This document shows, one piece after another, positions 1-8,535 of a stretch of 64,000 nt of DNA (the first letter of the stretch is position 1; the number at the start of each line of letters is the position of its first letter). The DNA is from a virus. The stretch lies in the IMG/VR virus record IMGVR_UViG_3300037418_003024, positions 30,732 to 94,731 of that record, one strand, 5' to 3'. The notes under the pieces were generated by a model that worked only from the letters and a program-made list of their open reading frames with translations, made no database searches and was not told the DNA's origin. Made by a program: the position numbers and the translations under genes.

Positions 1-22
1 CAACGACAACGACACGCGCCCG

Positions 23-1431
23 GTGCGCGAGATACTCGGCGAAATACGCTACCAAGCTATGGTGATGGGCGAGGCTGGCGACGATATTGCGCAGTTGGCA
101 CTTGACGCGGCTGATGCCCTCGCCGCCGCGTCAGCTTCGCCGTGGCGTCGGCGTCCGTCGTCGGGCTGGACGGCGGAAACGCTGCCGGAATCGACGGAAA
201 TAATCATTTTCATTTACGACGGCATGGTGCAGATTGGCAACTTTAGCACAGAGTTCCAAACGTTCGTTGGTGAGTATGCGCCATTCGATCCAGCGAGTAT
301 CGAAGCCTGGATGTACGTGCCCGAATACGTCGACGCACCCGCCGACCTCGACGCGAGCGCGGAACCGGCCTAACCGCGCGCACCGAAGGAGATATGCCCT
401 GTGAAAGATGGCGTGGTTCAAACAGCGTCGGGACGTTGGAGCATTCCCTGCATGAACTGCGGAAAACGCACGGTTCGCAAGTACAGCGACGATTTCGTTT
501 GGTGCCGCGATTGCATGGAAACATGCGCGGAGATTGGACACGAGCCCGATGAGGACGCGCCGAACGAATGCTATCGATGCGGATGGAATATCCGCGCAGG
601 TCGCAACAGAAAAAAGCTGGAACCGGCCTAACCGCCCACGCCGGGGCGCGGCGGACACGCGCGAAGGAGAGACGACATTGATCAACATAACTAAATCAGA
701 CTTCACTAAGCTCATGACAGTCTTCCGCGAGCACGGGGAGGCGAGCGCTGATCTACGCGAAGCATTAATTACCATGGGATTCAAGAAGAAGCCCGACGGC
801 GAGTTCGATTACTCAGGTATCACCGACGATCAATATCAGGTGTTGTCGCCGCTGCTGGGTCGTGTAGGCATGTCCGCTGCTGAGTTCAGGGATTTACTTG
901 GCGCGCAAGTGACATTGAATGGGAAAGTGTATGGTCGAGGATTTATTGACGACGGTGAGGAGTAGGCTAATGACCGATAACACGCAACCGCCCTTGACGG
1001 CGGCGGAACTGGACAAGATGGAGAGTCATCCTGGTTGTGACGATATACGGAGGCGTCTCATTCGTGAACTCCGTGACGCGCGCGCCCGTCTCGCCGCCAT
1101 CGACGCGGCGGCGAAGGGCGACGTAGTTGAGGCGATAATGGACGCGCATCTGAAATATGAGGCGTTCTCAGATGTTTGCGGCACGAGTAACCAGAAAGCG
1201 ATTGAGGCTCTGGATGTTGTCCGCAGTATGATCGCCGCCGAGGTTGCGCGCGCGGACGTCGCTGAGGCGCGGGCCGAACGCGCGGAGGCGGAACGGGATG
1301 CGATGCGGCCCGTCGTGGAGGCGGCGAAGACGTGGAACCGCGCGAAACACGACAGTGCCGACGCATGGCATAAGCTGCAGGCGGTAAGGCATGCGGTCGA
1401 TAATATCGCCGCGCTCGAGGAGGGGAAGTGA
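23..1431 (+). CDS. Four short hypothetical phage ORFs (23-373, 401-631 with CxxC pairs, ~678-965, ~970-1431 coiled-coil)
   Basis: Co-oriented, closely packed ORFs with AAGGAG/GAGGAG RBSs; no recognisable family. Confidence 0.55.
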
Positions 1432-1479
1432 TAACCTCCATCTCCTCGACGGCTACTTCCTTGCAGGGGGTAGCCTTTC

Positions 1480-2301
1480 ATGTTTGTCCCGCTCGATAAT
1501 GGCCCGGTCGTCGACGTCTCGCTCAAAACCACACAGATCGTCGACTTTGGCGTACATGCCATTCATAGCGAAGTCGCATGGAAAGAGACGCAGGGCGACG
1601 GCATCAAGGTCGCCGTTCTCGACACCGGTTCTTCTCCCGCACACCCCGATCTCGCACTGAACGTCGTTTACTGCTCTGGCAACGACACGCCTCAACAAGC
1701 CCACGGGACTCACGTCTCAGGGATCATCGCCGCCTGCAACAATTCGTACGGCGTCGTTGGGGTTGCGCCGGCGTCGAAGCTGTATTGCTACCAGGTGCTC
1801 CCTGGCGGCGGGGACGCGATTGCGCAAGCGATCGACGCGGCTGTCCTGCAGGGCTGCGACATCATCCATATGAGCCTCGGAGCGTACGGCGACTATCCGC
1901 CGCTCCACGACGCCATTAAGCGCGCCTACGCCGACGGCGTGGTGATCGTGGCCGCCGCCGGCAATGACCCGAACCAGGTCGCTTATCCGGCGGCATATCA
2001 GGAAGTGATAGCAGTCTCGGCACTCGATCAGAACATGCAGAAGGCCGTCTTCGCTCCGCTCGTTCCCAATCACATTGCGATGCCCGGTGTGAACATCCTC
2101 TCGACGTGGGCGCCAGACCAGTATGCGCGGATGTCGGGCACGTCCCAGGCGGCTCCGCTGCTCTCCGGCACGATCGCGCTGATGCTGGCGAAGTTCCGAC
2201 CGAAGCGATCGGACGTGCATGACCTGGTGCAGCAAGAATTAACGAAGATCGACAAGCAGTCCGATTCGTTCTTCTACACCCCGGATTTGGCTCTCCTATG
2301 A
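1480..2301 (+). CDS. Subtilisin-like serine protease (peptidase S8)
   Basis: Catalytic motifs VAVLDTG, HGTHVSG, AAAGN, MSGTSQAAP; no signal peptide. Confidence 0.93.
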   Translation: MFVPLDNGPVVDVSLKTTQIVDFGVHAIHSEVAWKETQGDGIKVAVLDTGSSPAHPDLALNVVYCSGNDTPQQAHGTHVSGIIAACNNSYGVVGVAPASKLYCYQVLPGGGDAIAQAIDAAVLQGCDIIHMSLGAYGDYPPLHDAIKRAYADGVVIVAAAGNDPNQVAYPAAYQEVIAVSALDQNMQKAVFAPLVPNHIAMPGVNILSTWAPDQYARMSGTSQAAPLLSGTIALMLAKFRPKRSDVHDLVQQELTKIDKQSDSFFYTPDLALL

Positions 2302-3056
2302 ACACCTACGTCTACCTGGGAAACAACCGCGGACTCGCCGTGCTCCACAACGGGCTGCGCATCTACTTCGACACTCGCGACCGCGGGCTCGCGCCACACC
2401 TCGCGCTCTACGGCGAGTGGGAGAGGGCGATTGAAGACGTCGTTCACCGCAGTATCCCGGCCGGCACGACGGTGGTCGAGGTCGGGGCGAACTTCGGATA
2501 CCACACGCTGCACATGGCCGCCGCGGTGGGGCCGAGCGGCAAGGTGATCACGTGCGAGGCCAACGAGCATCTTTGCGAACTGCTGACCGATTCGATCGAG
2601 TTGAACGGATTTCGCGACCGGGTCAGTCTGCGCAACTGTGCGGGGTGGAGCGAATCCGGCACGAAGTATCTGGTAGCCGATCCGCAGCGGGTGGGCGGCG
2701 GCCATCTCGTAGATGAACCGCCGACGGATATCTTCGGGCTCGATTCGTTCGCGGTGAAGACCGTTCGCATCGACGACCTTGTCGACCGAGCCGATTTCAT
2801 CCGCATTGACGCGGAGGGAAGTGAGCTACGGATACTGAAGGGGGCCGAACGCGTTCTCCACAGTAATCCCAATATCCAGATTTGCATGGAGTGGTCCGTG
2901 TCGATGATGGGGCAGTACGCCGACGTCGGCGAGGGCGTGCAATGGCTGGCGGGAATGGGGTTCCGCTTCTTCCGTATTGGCGGTGACCGTTCGATATCGG
3001 AGGTTGACGACCCAGGCAGCCTTGGCCACTGTGAACTTTTCGTATGCCGGCATTAA
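2298..3056 (+). CDS. FkbM-family SAM methyltransferase
   Basis: VEVGANFGYHT and FIRIDAEGSE motifs. Confidence 0.9.
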   Translation: MNTYVYLGNNRGLAVLHNGLRIYFDTRDRGLAPHLALYGEWERAIEDVVHRSIPAGTTVVEVGANFGYHTLHMAAAVGPSGKVITCEANEHLCELLTDSIELNGFRDRVSLRNCAGWSESGTKYLVADPQRVGGGHLVDEPPTDIFGLDSFAVKTVRIDDLVDRADFIRIDAEGSELRILKGAERVLHSNPNIQICMEWSVSMMGQYADVGEGVQWLAGMGFRFFRIGGDRSISEVDDPGSLGHCELFVCRH

Positions 3057-3916
3057 AGATCAGTTTCGAGCATGGGCTCGGGGACTGCGTCCATATCGCC
3101 CATCTGCTCAAGGTCTATCAGCGGTTCGGATATGAGTTTGAGCTTGGCGTGGAGCGCAACAAGCGGTGGTTGTTCGAAACGGCGGGGTTCCGGTGCGTCG
3201 ACCGTGGCGGCTTCGGCTATCCGGATCTAGCGTACTCTGATCCCGTCCTGTTGCTGGAGGCTGACTACGGGCACTACTGGCGATGCAATAAGACGGTGAT
3301 AGCGAGCCAGATGGCTCCGCTGCCGGTTGTGGCATCGATGGAGGACATGTGGTCACTCCTCTGTTGCTGGCCGAAGATCGACTATCGAACTGGGATACAC
3401 GCCTCTGTGGACACTGTACGGTCGGCCCTCTGCGGGATGTCGTCTCCGATAGTGCTCATAAACGTGTCTGGTGCGACGAACAACGACCGCAAGCGTATTC
3501 CTTACGAGGTCACACGTCGCATATGTGAAGTCTTGATGTATGAGGGATGCTCTGTCGCCGTGGTGGACGGTCCGGCGCCGGTCACGCATCCGAAGTGTCG
3601 AGCCTTGCCTTATACGCTGTTTCGCGGCAATACACCGAATTGGGTGGCTTTGTTGTCGCTAGTGGACGTGCTGGTCGGGATCGATTCTGGCCCGTTCCAT
3701 CTCGCAAGATACACAGGGACGAAGGCGATTGCCTACTGTCCGACGGCGTTTCACTTTCCGTCGCGGTTCTGCCTGCCGGATGATAACCATCGGTATGCCG
3801 TCCCTGTGCGGTTTTCGGCGATGGCGGCGGCCGTGCGACGGGACTACCGAATTGCGTGCTGGGACGAAGACCCGGCGGAGACAATTATCAAGCAAGTCTG
3901 GGGGTTGCTGGGTTAA
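3044..3916 (+). CDS. GT9-like (heptosyltransferase-fold) glycosyltransferase
   Basis: N-terminal HGLGD and C-terminal VGIDSGPFHLA. Confidence 0.8.
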   Translation: MPALKISFEHGLGDCVHIAHLLKVYQRFGYEFELGVERNKRWLFETAGFRCVDRGGFGYPDLAYSDPVLLLEADYGHYWRCNKTVIASQMAPLPVVASMEDMWSLLCCWPKIDYRTGIHASVDTVRSALCGMSSPIVLINVSGATNNDRKRIPYEVTRRICEVLMYEGCSVAVVDGPAPVTHPKCRALPYTLFRGNTPNWVALLSLVDVLVGIDSGPFHLARYTGTKAIAYCPTAFHFPSRFCLPDDNHRYAVPVRFSAMAAAVRRDYRIACWDEDPAETIIKQVWGLLG

Positions 3917-3917
3917 T

Positions 3918-6035
3918 ATGGGATGCGGATGCAACGATAAGAAAAAGGCGTCGGCGCCGGTGACGTTCACGGCTGAGGCCGTCGAGGAAAAGCCCCGGCC
4001 GACCGGTGCGATATGGACGGTCGTGGTTGGCACTCGCGGCGGCCGGGGGATGTCCCCAGGGCTGATTGAGTCGCTCTCGGCTATCAAGAACGCCATGATC
4101 GAGTCGCACAATCAGGAGATCCGAGTCGTCATCGTCGACACGACCGTCATCGACTTCCCGGATTACGATGTCCCCGTTGGCTTCAATATTGTTTTCATGC
4201 CGGCGAAGGAGTACTCGTGGGCGCGCGCCATGAACCTGGGCGCAACGTATTACCGGTCGTCTCACTTCCTGCTGTTCCTCCATGACGACGTGACGCTGCC
4301 GGAAGGTCCAGGCTGGCTGCGCGCCCTGCAGGAGGCGTTGGTCGACCGCGCCTGCATCGCCGTCCCGCGTGTGACCGGGCATTGCTCGTGCCCGCCGCAA
4401 GCCGGGGAGGACGACACGCCCCTGTTGTCGTTCGAAATCACAGAGTACATTTCTCCGGCCGTCGTCGCGATCAGGCGCGATGTCTTTGTGAAGGCAGGAA
4501 TGTTCCCGGACGAAATGGACGGTTACGATTGGGCACAGATCGCGCTACAGGATACCGTGGCGCGAATGGGTGGCTCGACGGTCGTCGTCCCGTCCGTGGT
4601 CGTCCACCACGCAGGGGAAAGCTCCTACACCGCCGATGAGCGCATGCAGGGCTGGGAGCGGAACATGATTCGCTATGCCGAGATCACCGGGCAACGCGCT
4701 GAGTACAAACGCCGTCCGACGCGTGTGCGGCTCCCTTCGGCGGTCGATCGCAAGGGGCCGGCCCTGCTCTTCGTGGTCGAGGCCAATGAATCGATTGAGC
4801 GAGTGCGCAAGATCATTGACGAGAAGATGTCGACGGCGGCCGAGGTCGTGATCGTCGACCTCGCGGCGACGGCCGAGCGGTCGGAGTCGTTTCACGCTGT
4901 TGAACAGGGGGTGAAGCTGCCGGTTCGGTATGCGCCGGCGTGGGATTCCGATCCGCTGCGGCAGGTGGTAAACCTCGCGGCTTCGCGTGACGCCGAATTG
5001 TACGACATGCGCGTCGGTGCGCCCGTGCCGGCGGTGCCGATCGTCGGGCCTCGGCTCCGCACGGGCTGGACATATGCGCTGCCGCAACTGCTCGAGGAGA
5101 TCCATCTCGGCTACCTGCAGCACGCCGGCATCGGCGACACGGTCATGACGACGCCCGCCCTCCACGCGTTCCGGCAACGGTGGCCGCATATTCGGATCGT
5201 CGCGCATCATGCATGGGCGGCCGGAGAAATCCTGCAGTTCAACCCCGATATCGACGAACTCGTCATTTACAATTCCGGTGACCCGAACGTGCTGCCCGAA
5301 ACCTTCGATATGATGGCCGGTTACGGAATGGAGGGGGCTGTTCGGCAGGCGTATCAAACCCTGTGCGTTGAGGATCTGACCGATGAACCGCGTCGCGTCC
5401 GTTACTTCTTGCAACGAGAGGAGCATGATGCGGCGGTTAAACTGCTGGCCGAACTCGGCCTTCCGCCGACGGCGAAGCGCCTGGTCGGGATCCAGTTGCA
5501 CGGAAACTGGCAGGCCAAGAACTGGTCGTCCGTCGGCGATCTGGTGCGGGCGGTTGCCGGACGCATCGGCGAGGGGTGGTATCCGATCGTGTTCGGGACC
5601 GACCAGGAGCGCATGGCGGATATCTCCGGCGTGCCGCACGTGGCGATCACGCAACAGCCACTCAGGATCGCGGCGGCGGTTATCGGGCTCCTGGATTGCC
5701 TCGTCGGGTTCGACAGCGGGCTCGGATGGCTCGCGGTGGCGCTGCGCACCCCGTGTATTAGCCTTTGGGGTCCGACCAACCCGCGTGGGTATCTGCTCGA
5801 CGTCGAGACGACCAACCTCGTGACCATTCGCAAGCGCGTGCCCGACCAGTGCAAAGAGGCGACTGGTGTAAGCTGCCGCGATTTCACGTCCGGCGCCCGG
5901 TGCCCACTGCGTAAAGGGTGGGGGGCAGATTGTATCGACGAAATAACCGTCGACGAAGTCATGGGACATTTGGAGGCGATGCCGACGTGGGATCGCCCGA
6001 TTGAAGACCGCTGGTACGAGAGGCTGGCGGGATAG
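3918..6035 (+). CDS. GT2 + GT9 fusion glycosyltransferase (likely start MGCGC at 3918, not 3729)
   Basis: ARAMNLG...FLHDD (GT2); AGIGDTVMTTPAL...FDSGLGWLAVAL...LWGPT (GT9); ATG lies 2 nt after the upstream stop. Confidence 0.82.
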   Translation: MGCGCNDKKKASAPVTFTAEAVEEKPRPTGAIWTVVVGTRGGRGMSPGLIESLSAIKNAMIESHNQEIRVVIVDTTVIDFPDYDVPVGFNIVFMPAKEYSWARAMNLGATYYRSSHFLLFLHDDVTLPEGPGWLRALQEALVDRACIAVPRVTGHCSCPPQAGEDDTPLLSFEITEYISPAVVAIRRDVFVKAGMFPDEMDGYDWAQIALQDTVARMGGSTVVVPSVVVHHAGESSYTADERMQGWERNMIRYAEITGQRAEYKRRPTRVRLPSAVDRKGPALLFVVEANESIERVRKIIDEKMSTAAEVVIVDLAATAERSESFHAVEQGVKLPVRYAPAWDSDPLRQVVNLAASRDAELYDMRVGAPVPAVPIVGPRLRTGWTYALPQLLEEIHLGYLQHAGIGDTVMTTPALHAFRQRWPHIRIVAHHAWAAGEILQFNPDIDELVIYNSGDPNVLPETFDMMAGYGMEGAVRQAYQTLCVEDLTDEPRRVRYFLQREEHDAAVKLLAELGLPPTAKRLVGIQLHGNWQAKNWSSVGDLVRAVAGRIGEGWYPIVFGTDQERMADISGVPHVAITQQPLRIAAAVIGLLDCLVGFDSGLGWLAVALRTPCISLWGPTNPRGYLLDVETTNLVTIRKRVPDQCKEATGVSCRDFTSGARCPLRKGWGADCIDEITVDEVMGHLEAMPTWDRPIEDRWYERLAG

Positions 6036-6056
6036 GCTTCATGGCGTGGGGGCGCA

Positions 6057-7688
6057 TTGGAGCATGAGGTGCTTGTTAGCAATTGCGGAGTCACGGAACC
6101 TATCCGGGCTCCGGGCGTCAAAGACCTTCCGATTCTTCAGCCGGACCCGGCCGTAGAGACTTATGCGGCCTTGCTTGGGCCGCGAGCGATGCATCTGCGG
6201 ATCTCGGCTCACTGCGATTCCGAGTGCGTCTTTTGTGAGCGGGAATCGTGGAAGCGTGGCGACAAAGAACCCGAAGTCGACATGCCGATTGAGGTGTGGG
6301 AGCAGGTCAAGGCGAAGTTCCTGGGCCGGGTCGAGGGTATTGAGGTCGCTGGTCTCGGCGAACCGATGCTGGCCAAGACGTTCCCGACGATCGCTCGCGA
6401 CGTGCTTGGCGCCGGCAAGATCTTCTACTTCCCGACCAACGGCCATTTCCTGACAACGAAGATTGCCGACTGCCTGGGCGACGGCACAAACGTGCGCGTG
6501 TCGGTGTCGATGGACGCCGCCACGCCGGAAACGTATGTTGCGATCGGCCGCGGCAAGAAACCTGCCGACTTCCGTAAGGTCGTCGATGGTGTCAAGGCGT
6601 TCCGTAAATCTCGTCCGAACGCGTTCGTCCACTCGCAGTTCACTGCCGGGACGTACAACATCGACGAATTCCCCGCGTTTATCGACCTGTGCGCCGAGAT
6701 GGGGGTGCACGAAGTTCAGTTCCGGTTCGTGCATGCCCACACGGTCGCCCGCGAGGATGTTTCCCTGCGGTTCGCGCGGGATCGGACCGAATCGGCACTC
6801 GTCGCGGCACAGCGGAAGGCGGCGGACTACGGCATTACGCTCAACATCGAGCGACGTCCTTATTCGAAGGAGCAGCCGAATTCCGGGAAGCAAGACCCGA
6901 TCAGTCGCCTGAAGCGATACCTGGACTTTGCTCCGTTCACCGTACCGACGTGCGGCGGATCGAGCGTTAGCTCACCGTGCAGTTGTTCGCAGATAGGAGG
7001 GCAGATACTTGCGACCAATACAACGGTTACTAGCACGATTGCTACTGCTACATCCGGAGTAGGAAACAACCAAACGGTAACTTACTTTTGTCCTGCTAAC
7101 GGCTCGCAAGTAGTCGATACTAATGCTTCGTATGTCAATGTTTGGACCACGTACGTAGTGTACATCGGGAATGATGCCCAATTCTGGGCATGTCCCGACA
7201 GTGCAACCCACACATGCTATATCGGCAATGGGCAGACCTATCTTCATAGGATCCAAACTGACTTTGTCCACTCTTCGGCAGCTTGCCCGAATACAACGTT
7301 CACGATTCAGCTTGGATTTTCAACGTTAAGTGCTAGCACGTCTCAGTCTTTTGGTGATTGTCCTCCGTACTTTTGCGCGGCCTCGGAGGGCGGTCCCGAG
7401 ATCGTGACCACAGTGCAGGTACCGCTGGCTGATCTGGCATCGGGCGGCTTCTCCGCTCAGTCGGTAGAGCAACCGTTCCGTTACGCGGATGCGGCGGCAA
7501 TCGTGTGGTGCGACGGACGAATTACGTCGTGTTTCGCAGAGCACGTGGTCGGCGATGTGGCGAAAGACGACTACGACAGCCTGATTCGCAACCGCCGGTA
7601 CCAGGCGTTCATGCAACGCCGGCAGAGCGGCACGAATGCGGCGATCTTGGGTGAGCCTTGGTGCGCCCACTGCCCGCGGGTGTATTGA
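6057..7688 (+). CDS. Radical SAM / SPASM-type protein with internal S/T/C-rich insertion
   Basis: CDSECVFC (CxxxCxxC), GLGEPM, TNG, VSMDA; C-terminal DGRITSC...WCAHC. Confidence 0.85.
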   Translation: MEHEVLVSNCGVTEPIRAPGVKDLPILQPDPAVETYAALLGPRAMHLRISAHCDSECVFCERESWKRGDKEPEVDMPIEVWEQVKAKFLGRVEGIEVAGLGEPMLAKTFPTIARDVLGAGKIFYFPTNGHFLTTKIADCLGDGTNVRVSVSMDAATPETYVAIGRGKKPADFRKVVDGVKAFRKSRPNAFVHSQFTAGTYNIDEFPAFIDLCAEMGVHEVQFRFVHAHTVAREDVSLRFARDRTESALVAAQRKAADYGITLNIERRPYSKEQPNSGKQDPISRLKRYLDFAPFTVPTCGGSSVSSPCSCSQIGGQILATNTTVTSTIATATSGVGNNQTVTYFCPANGSQVVDTNASYVNVWTTYVVYIGNDAQFWACPDSATHTCYIGNGQTYLHRIQTDFVHSSAACPNTTFTIQLGFSTLSASTSQSFGDCPPYFCAASEGGPEIVTTVQVPLADLASGGFSAQSVEQPFRYADAAAIVWCDGRITSCFAEHVVGDVAKDDYDSLIRNRRYQAFMQRRQSGTNAAILGEPWCAHCPRVY

Positions 7689-8533
7689 TGCGTGTCTACG
7701 ACTGCGTGGTCTTCAACGACGAACTGGATTTGCTCGAGATCCGCTTGCACGAACTCGCCGACGTCGTCGATGTGTTCGTGATCTGTGAGGGGAACTTCGA
7801 CTTCAAGGGCCGCCGTAAGCCACTGCACTTTCTGAATAACGCCAGTCGGTTCGAACCGTTCCTCGACAAGATACGGCACGTCGGCTGCGTGCGCGGTATG
7901 CCTCAGCAGCATCCGTTCATCCAGCGCGGTGAGTGGGATCCTCGCGCTTGGGCGAACGAACATTATCAGCGCGATAGGTGTTGGAGTGCGATAGGTGACG
8001 CGACCCCTGACGATATCATCCTGCTAAGCGATGGTGACGAGATCCCGGCGGCCTCGGCGGTTCGGCGGCTGCGCGACGGATTCACGTCGCCGGTTCGGAT
8101 TTGCGGACGGCAGCATTACTACAACTTCAACCGGTCGTTTCGATCGAATGATTACCACGGCTGGGCGGCGATGACGTTGGCGTCGACCCGCGCGGCCATC
8201 GGCTCGGCTCCCGCGTCGGAATTCCGAAAGACCTACTGCGCCCCGCTCTCGACCGAGCCGATGGGCTGGCACTGCACCTGGTTCGGCGGACACTGGCGGG
8301 TGAAGCTCAAGGAGTACATATACAATCACCCGATGGCGGCCTCGCTTGACGATCGCATCGCTGAAGGGGACGCGAACGGGCGGGAGGCGCATCACGGCTG
8401 GAAGCTCGCCTACTCCGATGATCTCTCGACCATCCCCGTATACGTACAGCAGAACCTGCCGAAGTTCGCGCACCTCTTCGACGAGATGTGCATTACGACG
8501 CACGGCACTCTGTTCGATTATCCCGAGGTCTGA
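7688..8533 (+). CDS. GT17-family (beta-1,4-GlcNAc transferase-like) glycosyltransferase
   Basis: YDCVVFNDELDLLEIRLHEL, EHYQR, SDGDEIP, GWHCTW; TGATG coupling to upstream gene. Confidence 0.85.
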   Translation: MRVYDCVVFNDELDLLEIRLHELADVVDVFVICEGNFDFKGRRKPLHFLNNASRFEPFLDKIRHVGCVRGMPQQHPFIQRGEWDPRAWANEHYQRDRCWSAIGDATPDDIILLSDGDEIPAASAVRRLRDGFTSPVRICGRQHYYNFNRSFRSNDYHGWAAMTLASTRAAIGSAPASEFRKTYCAPLSTEPMGWHCTWFGGHWRVKLKEYIYNHPMAASLDDRIAEGDANGREAHHGWKLAYSDDLSTIPVYVQQNLPKFAHLFDEMCITTHGTLFDYPEV

Positions 8534-8535
8534 CG

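Noticed and set aside
6950-7385. Intein or DGR variable region in the radical SAM gene
   Set aside because: No His-Asn/Cys-Ser-Thr splice end; no reverse transcriptase or template repeat seen in the window
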